Shown: one piece after another, positions 46,742 through 55,864 of the stretch
Position numbering within the stretch: position 1 is the stretch's first letter
How the letters are laid out: each line of letters begins with the position of its first letter
Assembly (NCBI GenBank): GCA_021799495.1
Contig: JAJZAI010000002.1
Span: 84,968-148,967 of the forward strand
Length of the DNA: 64,000 nucleotides
Direction: 5' to 3'
DNA from: Deltaproteobacteria bacterium
GTDB taxonomy: Bacteria > Desulfobacterota > Binatia > Binatales > Binataceae
Notes under the pieces: generated by a model
What the model saw: only the letters and a program-made list of their open reading frames with translations
The model's database searches: none
What the model was told of the DNA's origin: nothing
Program-made: the position numbers and the translations under genes

Positions 46742-47770
46742 TTGAAATTTCAGCCAATGCGTTCCAGCAAATTTACGATCGTAGCGGCCGCGGCCGCCTG
46801 CCTTCTGACAGTGGCGGCGACGGCGATTACCGCTGACAGCGCTACCGAAGGCGTCAAGCGTACCTCCGCGCCGTCGTGGCTCAGCCTGTTCGGCGTCGCG
46901 ATTCGTCCCGACAACGAGATCTTCGTCGTCGGCTCGAAGGCGCTGCTGCTGACTTCGACTGACCAGGGCAAAACCTGGCTTCAGCGAACGATGCCGGAGC
47001 GCCCCGGCGGACCGCTGTTCCAGGACCGCGACCTCTACTCGATCCGCTTCGATTCGTCGGGCAAGTCAGGATGGGTCGTCGGCGAGGAAGGAATCATTCT
47101 TCATACCGCCGACGGCGGCGACACCTGGAGCTTGCAAAAGAGCGGAACCACCAAGAATCTGTTCAAAGTAGCCGTCATTGACGACAAGAACGTGGTAATC
47201 GCGGGAGCCGACGGCACGATTCTTCGCACTGCCGACGGCGGCGACACTTGGCAGTCGATCAAATCGCCGAAAGACGTCACCTGGTTTGACGTCACCTTCA
47301 CCGATCCGCAGCACGGATGGATGGTGGGCGAATTCTCGACCATTCTCGCCTCGACTGACGGTGGGCAAACTTGGACGGTCAATTACGGGGGCAATACGGG
47401 AGATTTCACGATCGGACCGTTCTTTACCGTGACTTTCACCGATCCGCAGCACGGCGTCGTCGCCGGTCTGGCCGGCGATACCGCCGTCACCAGCGACGGA
47501 GGCAAGACCTGGCAGAAGCAGAAACTGCCCGATCCCGTGGCCAGCTATGTGGTTGCGGAAGACCAGGCGTCAAAGGCGCTTTGGGCCGGCGGCGCGGGCG
47601 GAAGGATGTTCGAACAGGCCGCCGGGGGCGAGTGGAAGCCTTCCGATCGGGCGACCTTTCATGATTTGACGGATTTGGCGTTCGCGGGAAAACTCGGCGT
47701 CGCGGTGGGTCTAAACGGAACCATTCTGCTGACGGATAATGCGGGAGAGCAATGGCAAGCAGTTCAGTAA
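46742..47770 (+). CDS. Ycf48-like / BNR-repeat beta-propeller protein (secreted)
   Basis: Signal peptide; at least 6 repeats of T.DGG.TW (TSTDQGKTW, TADGGDTW x2, STDGGQTW, TSDGGKTW, TDNAGEQW). Confidence 0.8.
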   Translation: MKFQPMRSSKFTIVAAAAACLLTVAATAITADSATEGVKRTSAPSWLSLFGVAIRPDNEIFVVGSKALLLTSTDQGKTWLQRTMPERPGGPLFQDRDLYSIRFDSSGKSGWVVGEEGIILHTADGGDTWSLQKSGTTKNLFKVAVIDDKNVVIAGADGTILRTADGGDTWQSIKSPKDVTWFDVTFTDPQHGWMVGEFSTILASTDGGQTWTVNYGGNTGDFTIGPFFTVTFTDPQHGVVAGLAGDTAVTSDGGKTWQKQKLPDPVASYVVAEDQASKALWAGGAGGRMFEQAAGGEWKPSDRATFHDLTDLAFAGKLGVAVGLNGTILLTDNAGEQWQAVQ

Positions 47771-50178
47771 AAATGACCTCCCTGCGGATCGGCGATTTCG
47801 TCGTCCGCAACAGGGCCATCGTCGGTGCAATCCTGCTGATTATCAGCGCCTTCTTCGGCTTCGAGTGCACCAAGGTCGTCGTTCAAACCAAGTTTGACGA
47901 CTTTTTCCCGAGCTATCATCACGACGTGCAGCTCTATCAGGAGTGGCACAAGTATGGCGGCGCGCAGACGCTGGCCGTGATGGTTCAGGTCAAGCACGGC
48001 GACATTTTCAATTTCGACACGCTGGAGAAGATTCAGAAAATCCAGCGCGACGTGGACAAGCTGCCGGGCGTCGACCACAACGAAGTCCTGTCGCTCGCTT
48101 CCTATCGCGTGAGCTACGCGGAAGCGACGCCGGGTTCGCTGACGATCAAGCCCTTCATGTTTCCCGAGGTGCCGAAGGACGCCGCCGGAATCGCGGCTCT
48201 GAAGAAGACCGTTCAGGCCAACCAGTCGAACATTTCCCAGTTGGTCAGTTCGGATCTTACGAGCGCCATGGTGACCGCCTCATTTAACGAGCGCGGACTG
48301 GACTACAAAAAGCTCTTCTACCAGGTTCAGGATATCGTCAAGCAGTATCAGGACGATAACAATCGCATCTATATCGCGGGCGAACCGATCGTTCGCGGCT
48401 ACGGCTATTACTATGAGTCGACCGTCCTGACGCTGTTCCTGGTCGCGGTCGGCGTAATGATCTTCATCCTGTGGATTACCGGCAGCCAGCGCAGCCGATG
48501 GTGGGCGCCGATCGTCACCGGGTTCCTGTCGGCCATCTGGGGCCTCGGCTTCGTTGGCCTGATGGGTTACGACTTCGACCCGGTCATGCTGGTCATACCG
48601 TTCATCCTGACCGCGCGCGACATGTCGCACGGTATTCAGTGGCAGGGCCGGTTGCATGACGAGCTCGACCGCTTGGGCGACAAGCTGGCGGCGTGCGCGG
48701 CCACGACCGACTTCATGTTGCCGCCGGGATTGCTGTCGATTCTGGCCGATATCAGCGGCATCATCTTCATCTCGTTCGGCGGCATCCCCGTCCTGCAGCA
48801 TATCGCGCTGGCCGGCACCGTATGGCTCGCCGGCAGCCTCACGATGGTCTTCATCTTCCAGCCCATCCTGATGAGCTATCTGCCGACGCCCGAAATCAAG
48901 CATCGCAAGCAGCGTGACGGGTCGGACGCGCGGAGCGCGGTGCGCGAATTCCTCGATTGGTTCGTGCACGTTCCGACTCGTCCGGGCACGCTGCGCAAGG
49001 TTCTGCTTTGGGGATCGTGCGGGTTCCTGGTGTACGGCGTAATTTCCGGCCTGGATTGCAAAATCGGTTATTCGACCGCCGGCACGCCGCTCTACAAGAA
49101 CAACTCGAAGGTCAATAAGGACATTCTGGCGGTCGGCAAGAAGTTCCCGCTCGAAGAGGGATGGATCATCCTCACTACTCCGTCCTATCCCGACAAGCAG
49201 TCGGTGTTGGGGCCTGACGTTTTGCGGATGGTCGACGACATGCGCGCCTATCTTTTCGAAGATCCGAAAGTAGCGCAGGTCGTCTCCTTCTCATCGACGG
49301 TGTCGGAGCCGTTCAACGAGATGTTCCACTACGGCTTTCCGAAATATCTGGCCGTGCCGGATTCGGTCGAGATGTCCGGCAACTTGTGGTTCCTTTATCT
49401 GAACGGATCGGCGCCCGGCGAATTGGAGCGCTTCATCTCGAACCGTTCCAACAACGACACCTGTATCCGGGTGCTCCTGCGCGACCACAACTACGACACC
49501 CTTGAAAACATCCGCGAGCGCATCAAGCAGTTCGTTGACGAGCGGGTCTCGCCGGATCCGTCGCTGAACAAAGTCCACGTCGATTATCTGGCCGGAATCG
49601 CGGGCCTGTATCTCTCCGCCAACGACGTGTTGAAGCAACTCGACTTCTACAACATTACGTTCGTGCTGGGCGTGGTGTGGGTGTTCTGCTTGTTTTCGTT
49701 CCGATCGTTCGTCGCGGCGTTCATGTTCCTGTTCGCCTGCGTTCTGGCCAACTTCGGCGCTTTCATTTACATGAATGCGCGCGATATCGGCCTGACGATC
49801 GATACGATTCCGGTCATCTCGCTGGGTATCGGACTCGGCGTCGATTACGGAATTTACATGGTCGCCCGAATCCGCGACGAGGTCATGGGCGGCATGGACG
49901 TCGACGACGCGATCGTGCTCGCGCTGCAGAGCACCGGCGTCGCGGTGTTCAACACCTTCCTCGTCATGATCGGCGGCATTTTCCCGTGGATTTTCTCGCC
50001 GCTGCTGTTCCACAACGAGATGAGCACGCTGCTGATCTTCCTGATGGGCACGAACATGATCGCCGGCTGTATCATCCTGCCGTGCTATCTGTCGTGGGCG
50101 CGTCCAAGCTTCGTGTTTGGCGGCCGCGGCGCGATGAAGGAGCGCGAAAAGCCGAGCGCGACGGCAGCGGCGTCGTGA
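47752..50178 (+). CDS. MMPL/RND-superfamily transporter (two 6-TM bundles with periplasmic domains)
   Basis: 808 aa, duplicated TM blocks with GxxxD/sterol-sensing-like segments; start overlaps Ycf48-like gene by 19 nt. Confidence 0.88.
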   Translation: MASSSVKMTSLRIGDFVVRNRAIVGAILLIISAFFGFECTKVVVQTKFDDFFPSYHHDVQLYQEWHKYGGAQTLAVMVQVKHGDIFNFDTLEKIQKIQRDVDKLPGVDHNEVLSLASYRVSYAEATPGSLTIKPFMFPEVPKDAAGIAALKKTVQANQSNISQLVSSDLTSAMVTASFNERGLDYKKLFYQVQDIVKQYQDDNNRIYIAGEPIVRGYGYYYESTVLTLFLVAVGVMIFILWITGSQRSRWWAPIVTGFLSAIWGLGFVGLMGYDFDPVMLVIPFILTARDMSHGIQWQGRLHDELDRLGDKLAACAATTDFMLPPGLLSILADISGIIFISFGGIPVLQHIALAGTVWLAGSLTMVFIFQPILMSYLPTPEIKHRKQRDGSDARSAVREFLDWFVHVPTRPGTLRKVLLWGSCGFLVYGVISGLDCKIGYSTAGTPLYKNNSKVNKDILAVGKKFPLEEGWIILTTPSYPDKQSVLGPDVLRMVDDMRAYLFEDPKVAQVVSFSSTVSEPFNEMFHYGFPKYLAVPDSVEMSGNLWFLYLNGSAPGELERFISNRSNNDTCIRVLLRDHNYDTLENIRERIKQFVDERVSPDPSLNKVHVDYLAGIAGLYLSANDVLKQLDFYNITFVLGVVWVFCLFSFRSFVAAFMFLFACVLANFGAFIYMNARDIGLTIDTIPVISLGIGLGVDYGIYMVARIRDEVMGGMDVDDAIVLALQSTGVAVFNTFLVMIGGIFPWIFSPLLFHNEMSTLLIFLMGTNMIAGCIILPCYLSWARPSFVFGGRGAMKEREKPSATAAAS

Positions 50179-50256
50179 CGGCAAATCTGGTTGCGAGGCG
50201 AGCAGCTGAATCGGCATGATTTGCCGGTAAGAGCGCATCAATTCGACCAAGCCAGC

Positions 50257-50291
50257 GTGGCGGACGCCAAAAGCGTCCGCCACATTTTTTA
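50257..50291 (+). terminator. rho-independent terminator
   Basis: gtggcggacgc-caaaa-gcgtccgccac perfect 11-bp stem followed by attttttat, 79 nt after MMPL stop. Confidence 0.8.
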
Positions 50292-50349
50292 TCGTGCCAT
50301 GTGGCGCTTTAGTTGTCCGGTCGGCGGGTCAGAGGATTTCGGACATTCC

Positions 50350-50379
50350 CCGGATTAGTGGTTATAATTAGCTGGAGAT
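50350..50379 (+). promoter_or_regulatory. candidate promoter cGGACA-N18-TATAAT
   Basis: Perfect -10 tataat at 50374-50379; weak -35; about 140 nt upstream of paralog A. Confidence 0.35.
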
Positions 50380-50520
50380 CGCAAATCCGGGGCGTAATTG
50401 CGAACAATCCGGCCGCGATTGAAGTTTTCGCCCGAATTTGTCGTCCATTATGAGGATTTCGACCCGGCGCAGGCGGCAGGCTTCGAGTCGGATGGCTGAA
50501 GGCGCGGGAGAGCCACGTTT

Positions 50521-51366
50521 ATGATGCGGAAGCTGATTCTACTGACAGTTGCGGGACTTGCGGGCGCGCTGTTCATCGCGTGCCAAAAGCAGTCTCAGGC
50601 GACATTCGACACCCGAACCGCGAGCGATTTTTTCCCGCTTCCGCCCAAAGCCGTCTGGACGTACAAGGTTGACAGCAAAAGCCAGCATACGACCTACGTC
50701 GTTACGGATACGGTGGTGGGGCAGAAATATGTTCCGGCGCTAAACGTGACCGGAATGGTGGTCGAGGAATATTACAACCTCGATCGCGGCGGCGTGCGGC
50801 CGATCGTTTATACCAGCCACAACGGCTATCTCGATCGCCTGTCCGGACTGGCCTATCAAAAGCAGGATATCGAGGCGCCGGCGTGGGGCCGTTCCGAAGA
50901 GGGCGAATTCATGCCGCAACTGCTTGCGCCAAATCTGAACTGGAAGAGCAAGATTTATCCTTTCGGCCACATCTCAGGGGCCTTCGATATCAATCAAACC
51001 CATCACACCTATTTTGAGCCCGAAGCGATCGCGGTGCCGGCGGGAAGTTTCCTCGGTTGCGTCCGCATCGATACCGACGCGAGATATGAGGGCGGCACCT
51101 ATGCGCAGAAGGGCAACAAGAATCTGAAATTGATGTATCGCGACTGGTACGCGCCGCATGTCGGATTGATCAAGACGATCGCGCTGGAAGGCGGGCCGGG
51201 CGGCTCGGAGATGGAGCACGTGGAATTGCTGCGCTACTCGATTCCACCCGCGGCGGGCGGCGCATCCGGCGCGGCGGACAATCCAGGAGCGCCGAGCGTT
51301 GGCAATTCCGCCGCTGATGCGCCACAATCCGCGAAATCGCCCGCGGTCGCGGCCAAAACCAACTAA
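50521..51366 (+). CDS. hypothetical lipoprotein, paralog A
   Basis: Lipobox LFIAC; shares long collinear blocks with paralog B (VWTYKVDSKSQHTTYVVTDTVVGQKYVPAL / WYAPHVGLIKT). Confidence 0.7.
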   Translation: MMRKLILLTVAGLAGALFIACQKQSQATFDTRTASDFFPLPPKAVWTYKVDSKSQHTTYVVTDTVVGQKYVPALNVTGMVVEEYYNLDRGGVRPIVYTSHNGYLDRLSGLAYQKQDIEAPAWGRSEEGEFMPQLLAPNLNWKSKIYPFGHISGAFDINQTHHTYFEPEAIAVPAGSFLGCVRIDTDARYEGGTYAQKGNKNLKLMYRDWYAPHVGLIKTIALEGGPGGSEMEHVELLRYSIPPAAGGASGAADNPGAPSVGNSAADAPQSAKSPAVAAKTN

Positions 51367-51492
51367 GACCGAAAATTCGGGCGTCAACTGCTGTTTTCGG
51401 CATCGGGGACCGGCGACGTCTGATCGCTGCCGGTTAGCCGGGACGGCATTGCTCTCGCGCCATCGGGACGGCGCGAACGGGGGACAATAACG

Positions 51493-52320
51493 ATGCGCGA
51501 TTGGTTTGCGGCGGCCGGTCTGGCCGCGCTCGTGACCATTGCGGCGGCATGCAGCAGGCCTGCGCCCGCCAAAATCGATCTCCGCGCCAACTTCTTTCCG
51601 CTCAAGACCAACATGGTCTGGACCTACCGGATAGACAGCAAGAGCCAGCACACCTCCTATGTCATCACCGACCGCGTGGTTGGAAGCCAATACGTGCCCG
51701 CACTCAAATTGACCGGGTTGGTGGTTGCGGAGTTTTACAATCTGGATCGCGCCGGCCTGCGCCCGATCGTCTATGTCGATGATTCCGGATATCTGACGCG
51801 ATTGTCGGGCCTGGATTACGACAATCATCGCATCGTCACGCCCGCATGGGGAAAGTCGGAAGAAGACGATTTCCTGCCGGCGCATCTGGCGCCCAATCTG
51901 GCCTGGAACAACGAGCTCTTTCCGTACGGTAAACTTCCAGGCGGATTCGAGATCGTGCAGCGCCACAAGAGTTTCGGCGAACCGTCCGCGATTGCCGTGC
52001 CGGCGGGCCATTTCGCCGGATGTATTCGGATTGAAACGCGGGCGCGCTATCAGGGCGGCGCGTACGCCGAATCGAAACAGCAACTCAAACTGACCTACGA
52101 AGATTGGTACGCGCCGAATGTCGGCCTAATCAAAACGGTCGCGTATCAGGGCGGTCCCAATGGCCCGGAGATGGAGCGGGTCGAATTGATGAGATTCGAC
52201 GTCGCGTCCAAACCAAACCAGCTCTCGCCAGCTCAAGGAATCCGGCCGGCGGCGAACCGGCCGCAGGCGAGCGAAGGAGCTTCAGCGCGCAAGGCGCGAA
52301 AGCGGGCGATCGCCGGATAA
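51493..52320 (+). CDS. hypothetical lipoprotein, paralog B
   Basis: Lipobox IAAAC; roughly 50-60 % identical to paralog A by eye over the full length. Confidence 0.7.
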   Translation: MRDWFAAAGLAALVTIAAACSRPAPAKIDLRANFFPLKTNMVWTYRIDSKSQHTSYVITDRVVGSQYVPALKLTGLVVAEFYNLDRAGLRPIVYVDDSGYLTRLSGLDYDNHRIVTPAWGKSEEDDFLPAHLAPNLAWNNELFPYGKLPGGFEIVQRHKSFGEPSAIAVPAGHFAGCIRIETRARYQGGAYAESKQQLKLTYEDWYAPNVGLIKTVAYQGGPNGPEMERVELMRFDVASKPNQLSPAQGIRPAANRPQASEGASARKARKRAIAG

Positions 52321-52364
52321 GGGCGCTAGGGTCATGTCTCACAACTATGAGTAACGACTTAAAC

Positions 52365-52458
52365 GTCATTCTGAGCGCAGCGAAGAATCCCGGCTTCCGC
52401 AAAAAAATCGCACAAAAATCAGGGATTCTTCGCTCCGAGGACTCCGCTCAGAATGACA
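52365..52458. repeat. second copy of MITE-like inverted-repeat element (gtcattctgagcgcagcgaagaatccc ... agggattcttcgc-[12 nt]-gctcagaatgaca)
   Basis: Arm 52365-52391 identical to 36255-36281; partner arm 52421-52458 with 12-nt insertion; 29-nt A-rich spacer; intergenic. Confidence 0.7.
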
Positions 52459-52708
52459 ATGTGGGGGCTGGTGCAGTTATCGATATTTGCGAGACGCGAC
52501 CCTAGCGCTCTATCTCAGACTTGCAGAGCTGAGTTTTGCGGATTTTGCGTCAATCGCGCAAAAGTCCGTGCGGCCAGCTTCTTCTTCGTCGCGTCCGGAA
52601 ATGTCGTTTATAGGTCGCGGCATGCTGCAGGCGCGATTCAGACACAACTGGACGCTAGCAGCCGATAAAGAAAGGCTCGTAAAGACCCGCGACGCCCTGT
52701 TTGCGAAG

Positions 52709-53290
52709 CTAGCCGTTTGGAGGCGGTGCCGGCATCGAGACCGTCGGCGAACCCGGGCCGAACAACGGCTGGTTCTTTTGATGGACGTAGTTGATCGCCA
52801 CCGCGTCGATATAGAACCCGTTGTGGCCGACCTCGCCGATGCGCCGGGTATGTTCGGCCGCCTGAATGTAATCGGCCGACGTCGCATAGGCGTTTTTCTC
52901 GGTCGTTTCCGTCATTTGTTCGTTGGGGGAGGCGCGATAAAGCAGATTCTTGATATCCTGATGCTCGCTGTTGATGATCACAAGCGCGTCGGCGCCGGTT
53001 TCGCAAGCTTTGCGCTGTAGAGCCGGCATGACGTCGGTTTGTTCGTCGCGTTCGTCCGCCCATGCTTCGACGATCGCGACCTGCTTAAATCGCGTCAGCG
53101 GCATCTTGTCGAGCAGCGGCATATTGCAGCTGGGCGGTTTGGCGGCGCGATTGTACGGCGCTATCTGCGTAAGCTGGACTTGGAGCGGCTGCTTTTCCGC
53201 AGCGCATCCGGCGACCATCGCGAGCGTTAGAATCAAGCTGGCCGTCCAACGAAACGACCCGCTTACGCGACGGTGGGCGAGGCTGACCAT
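52709..53290 (-). CDS. hypothetical lipoprotein
   Basis: LILTLAMVAGC lipobox; no recognised domain. Confidence 0.5.
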   Translation of the reverse strand: MVSLAHRRVSGSFRWTASLILTLAMVAGCAAEKQPLQVQLTQIAPYNRAAKPPSCNMPLLDKMPLTRFKQVAIVEAWADERDEQTDVMPALQRKACETGADALVIINSEHQDIKNLLYRASPNEQMTETTEKNAYATSADYIQAAEHTRRIGEVGHNGFYIDAVAINYVHQKNQPLFGPGSPTVSMPAPPPNG

Positions 53291-53452
53291 ACTATTGATT
53301 TCCATCCCCGGCCTCGCGCGACATCGCTTGTCGCGCTACATAGCTGACGGCAGATTAGCATAAACCCGTTCCAAAATCGCTAACGCCGGCCCAGGAAGTC
53401 GCACGCGAGTTCAAGGTTTTTGGAACTGGTCGATTAGAGTAAAATAATCGGC

Positions 53453-54301
53453 ATGGGGCGCGCGGCGCGAATTCTGCTGGGCCTATGGTTGGCCGGCGCG
53501 ATGACGCTTGCTCAAGCGTGCGCCGGACCAGCCAGTAGTGCGCGCAACTATGGTTCCGGCGCGTCCAGTGTCGGCTCCGATGCGGCGTCAAACTCCGGGC
53601 GGCCGCCGGTCGCGCCTGGCGGCGCGCCGAATATGAACGGCATGGTGGTCGATAAGGACGCAAGCCTGGCCTTGACCGCCCATTTTAAGCGCAATCGCCT
53701 GCCGTTGGTCGGCGGGCAAGTCTTGCGGAATTCATCGACCGGCCAACGGGCCGTCGTGCTCTACGGGTACGTCGCATCCGATCGCGGAAAATCGGACGCA
53801 CAGCGGCAGGCCGAAGACTATATCAACGATCCGGAAGTTGACGTTGAAAACCGGGTCGTCGTCGATCCGCAATTGCTGGCTGCGAGCGGTTCCGGCGGGC
53901 CGGGCGCAACAGGCGCGAATAATTCGGCGGGCGGCTACTACGATCCGAATTCCGCACAATCCGCGAACTCGACGCCCGGAGCGCAGAGCTATTACGACCA
54001 GCAAAATCAGTCAGCGCAGATTCAGCAATACCAGCAGAATCAACAGCCGAGCGCGCAAAGCATGAGTTCGATCGCGCCATTGATCGCGCTGCTGGGAATT
54101 TTGAGCGCGGGGATGGCCACGGGCGGTCCGGGAGGGTTCGGAGTTGGCCCGGGCTATCCTTCAACGTATGGCTATTCCGGCGGAGCCTATCCGCCTTATG
54201 GCGGATTTCCAGTGCCGACGGCCCCAATGGCGCCGATGTCGCCGTTCGGCTACGGCGGATCACCGTTCGGCTTTAGCGGTCCTTTCCCGACTTTTCCCTG
54301 A
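53453..54301 (+). CDS. secreted BON-domain protein with Q/G/Y/P-rich low-complexity C-terminus
   Basis: Signal peptide; BON-like segment LALTAHFKRNRLPLVGGQVLRNSSTGQRAVVLYGYV; tail YPSTYGYSGGAYPPYGGFPVP. Confidence 0.6.
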   Translation: MGRAARILLGLWLAGAMTLAQACAGPASSARNYGSGASSVGSDAASNSGRPPVAPGGAPNMNGMVVDKDASLALTAHFKRNRLPLVGGQVLRNSSTGQRAVVLYGYVASDRGKSDAQRQAEDYINDPEVDVENRVVVDPQLLAASGSGGPGATGANNSAGGYYDPNSAQSANSTPGAQSYYDQQNQSAQIQQYQQNQQPSAQSMSSIAPLIALLGILSAGMATGGPGGFGVGPGYPSTYGYSGGAYPPYGGFPVPTAPMAPMSPFGYGGSPFGFSGPFPTFP

Positions 54302-54357
54302 TACGGCCCGATTCCCGGCGAATTTTGGTGGATGGAGACGCTTGCCGCCGGTCTGGC

Positions 54358-55512
54358 CTATTGCATCGGGCCAAAGAAGGCGCGGATATCGTCGGCCAAC
54401 AACTGCGGCTGTTCCATCGCCGCGAAATGGCCGCCGACCGGCATCACGGTCCAGCGTTGGATATTGAAGGCGCGTTCGGCCCACGCGCGCGGCGGTTTCA
54501 GGATTTCGCCCGGAAAAATTGCCGCGGCGGTCGGCGTCTCGATCCGCCCGGACCGGTCCGGACGCCACGGATGATGCCGTGCTTCATAGTACAGACGGGT
54601 TGACGAATTGATCGATTGGGTGACCCAATAAATCATGATGTTGGTCAGAACCTGATCCTTGCTCAGGGCTTTTTCCAGATTTCCGCCGCAATCGGTCCAG
54701 GTACGAAATTTCTCGACGATCCACGCCGCCAATCCGGCGGGCGAATCGTTCAGGCCGTACGCCAGCGTTTGCGGCTTGGTTCCCTGAATCCACTGATAAC
54801 CGCTTTCCTCGCGCCGAAAATGATCCATGTCGGCCAGGAAGACCTTTTCTTCGCTGGATAGCTCGCTCGAATTGTCGCGCCGGCCGCCGACGAAGAGCAG
54901 GTTCAAATGGATGCCATAAAGGCTTGCGCCGTGCACCTCGCCGAGACGCGAGGTAATAGCCGAACCCCAATCGCCGCCCTGCGCGCAATAGCGCGAAAAA
55001 CCGAGCACATCGGTCATCAACGCATGGAAAATTTCCGCGATTGCCTGAATGTTCATCGCGCGCGTGCGCGGATGGCCGGAGAAGCCGTAGCCGGGCAGGG
55101 AGGGCGCAATCACCGTAAAAGAATGGTTCGGATCGCCGCCGTGCGCGCCGGGATCGGTGAGCATCGGAATGATGCGTGTGAACTCGCAAATCGAACCGGG
55201 CCATCCGTGCGAAAGCAGGAGCGGTTTGGGATTCGGACCGCGGCCGGGTTCGTGGATGTAATGAATATCGAGTCCGTCGATCTCGACGTGAAATTGGGCG
55301 AAGCGGTTAAGCTCGGCTTCGTGTTTGCGCCAGTCGTAATTCGTGCGCCAATATTCGACCAATTCCTTCATATAGGCGAGATTAGCGCCGTATTCCCATC
55401 CGGTGGCGGGCACTTCGTCAGGAAATCGGGTGCGCGCCAGCCGCTCGCGCAGGTCGCGCAGAACTTCGTCTGAAACTTCGATACGAAACGGAGCGATTGC
55501 GCCGTGCGCCAT
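54358..55512 (-). CDS. epoxide hydrolase (microsomal-EH N-terminal domain + alpha/beta hydrolase)
   Basis: EHN domain with FHVEIDGLDIHYIH, HGWPGS oxyanion motif, nucleophile GGDWGS. Confidence 0.88.
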   Translation of the reverse strand: MAHGAIAPFRIEVSDEVLRDLRERLARTRFPDEVPATGWEYGANLAYMKELVEYWRTNYDWRKHEAELNRFAQFHVEIDGLDIHYIHEPGRGPNPKPLLLSHGWPGSICEFTRIIPMLTDPGAHGGDPNHSFTVIAPSLPGYGFSGHPRTRAMNIQAIAEIFHALMTDVLGFSRYCAQGGDWGSAITSRLGEVHGASLYGIHLNLLFVGGRRDNSSELSSEEKVFLADMDHFRREESGYQWIQGTKPQTLAYGLNDSPAGLAAWIVEKFRTWTDCGGNLEKALSKDQVLTNIMIYWVTQSINSSTRLYYEARHHPWRPDRSGRIETPTAAAIFPGEILKPPRAWAERAFNIQRWTVMPVGGHFAAMEQPQLLADDIRAFFGPMQ

Positions 55513-55864
55513 AGCGAGCCTCCCCGGACCGATTCGCTTTTACCGCGGCCGACAGACGCGAGGCGAGCCGAGTCCGAAGGAATTGCTATAGGCGATCGCG
55601 TGCCGCCGTCAACCGCGCGAACCGTGAAATCGCAGTGAATCTGTGGACGCTGAAGATCGTCGAGCATGGTGCGCCTTGATCCGTTGATTCGCCAAGTGGG
55701 AGAATCTTTGCGACGGCGGCGGACATCGCGTGTCCGCAGGCGCCGTTCGAGAGCCGGATTTGAGCGGCGCGGAAAGATTTACGGCAAGCGGCCGGCTCCG
55801 GACCGCAGCGCGATCCGCCGAGCGGGCCGGCCAACGAAACCCATCACAAGGAATTGGAGCCAAG

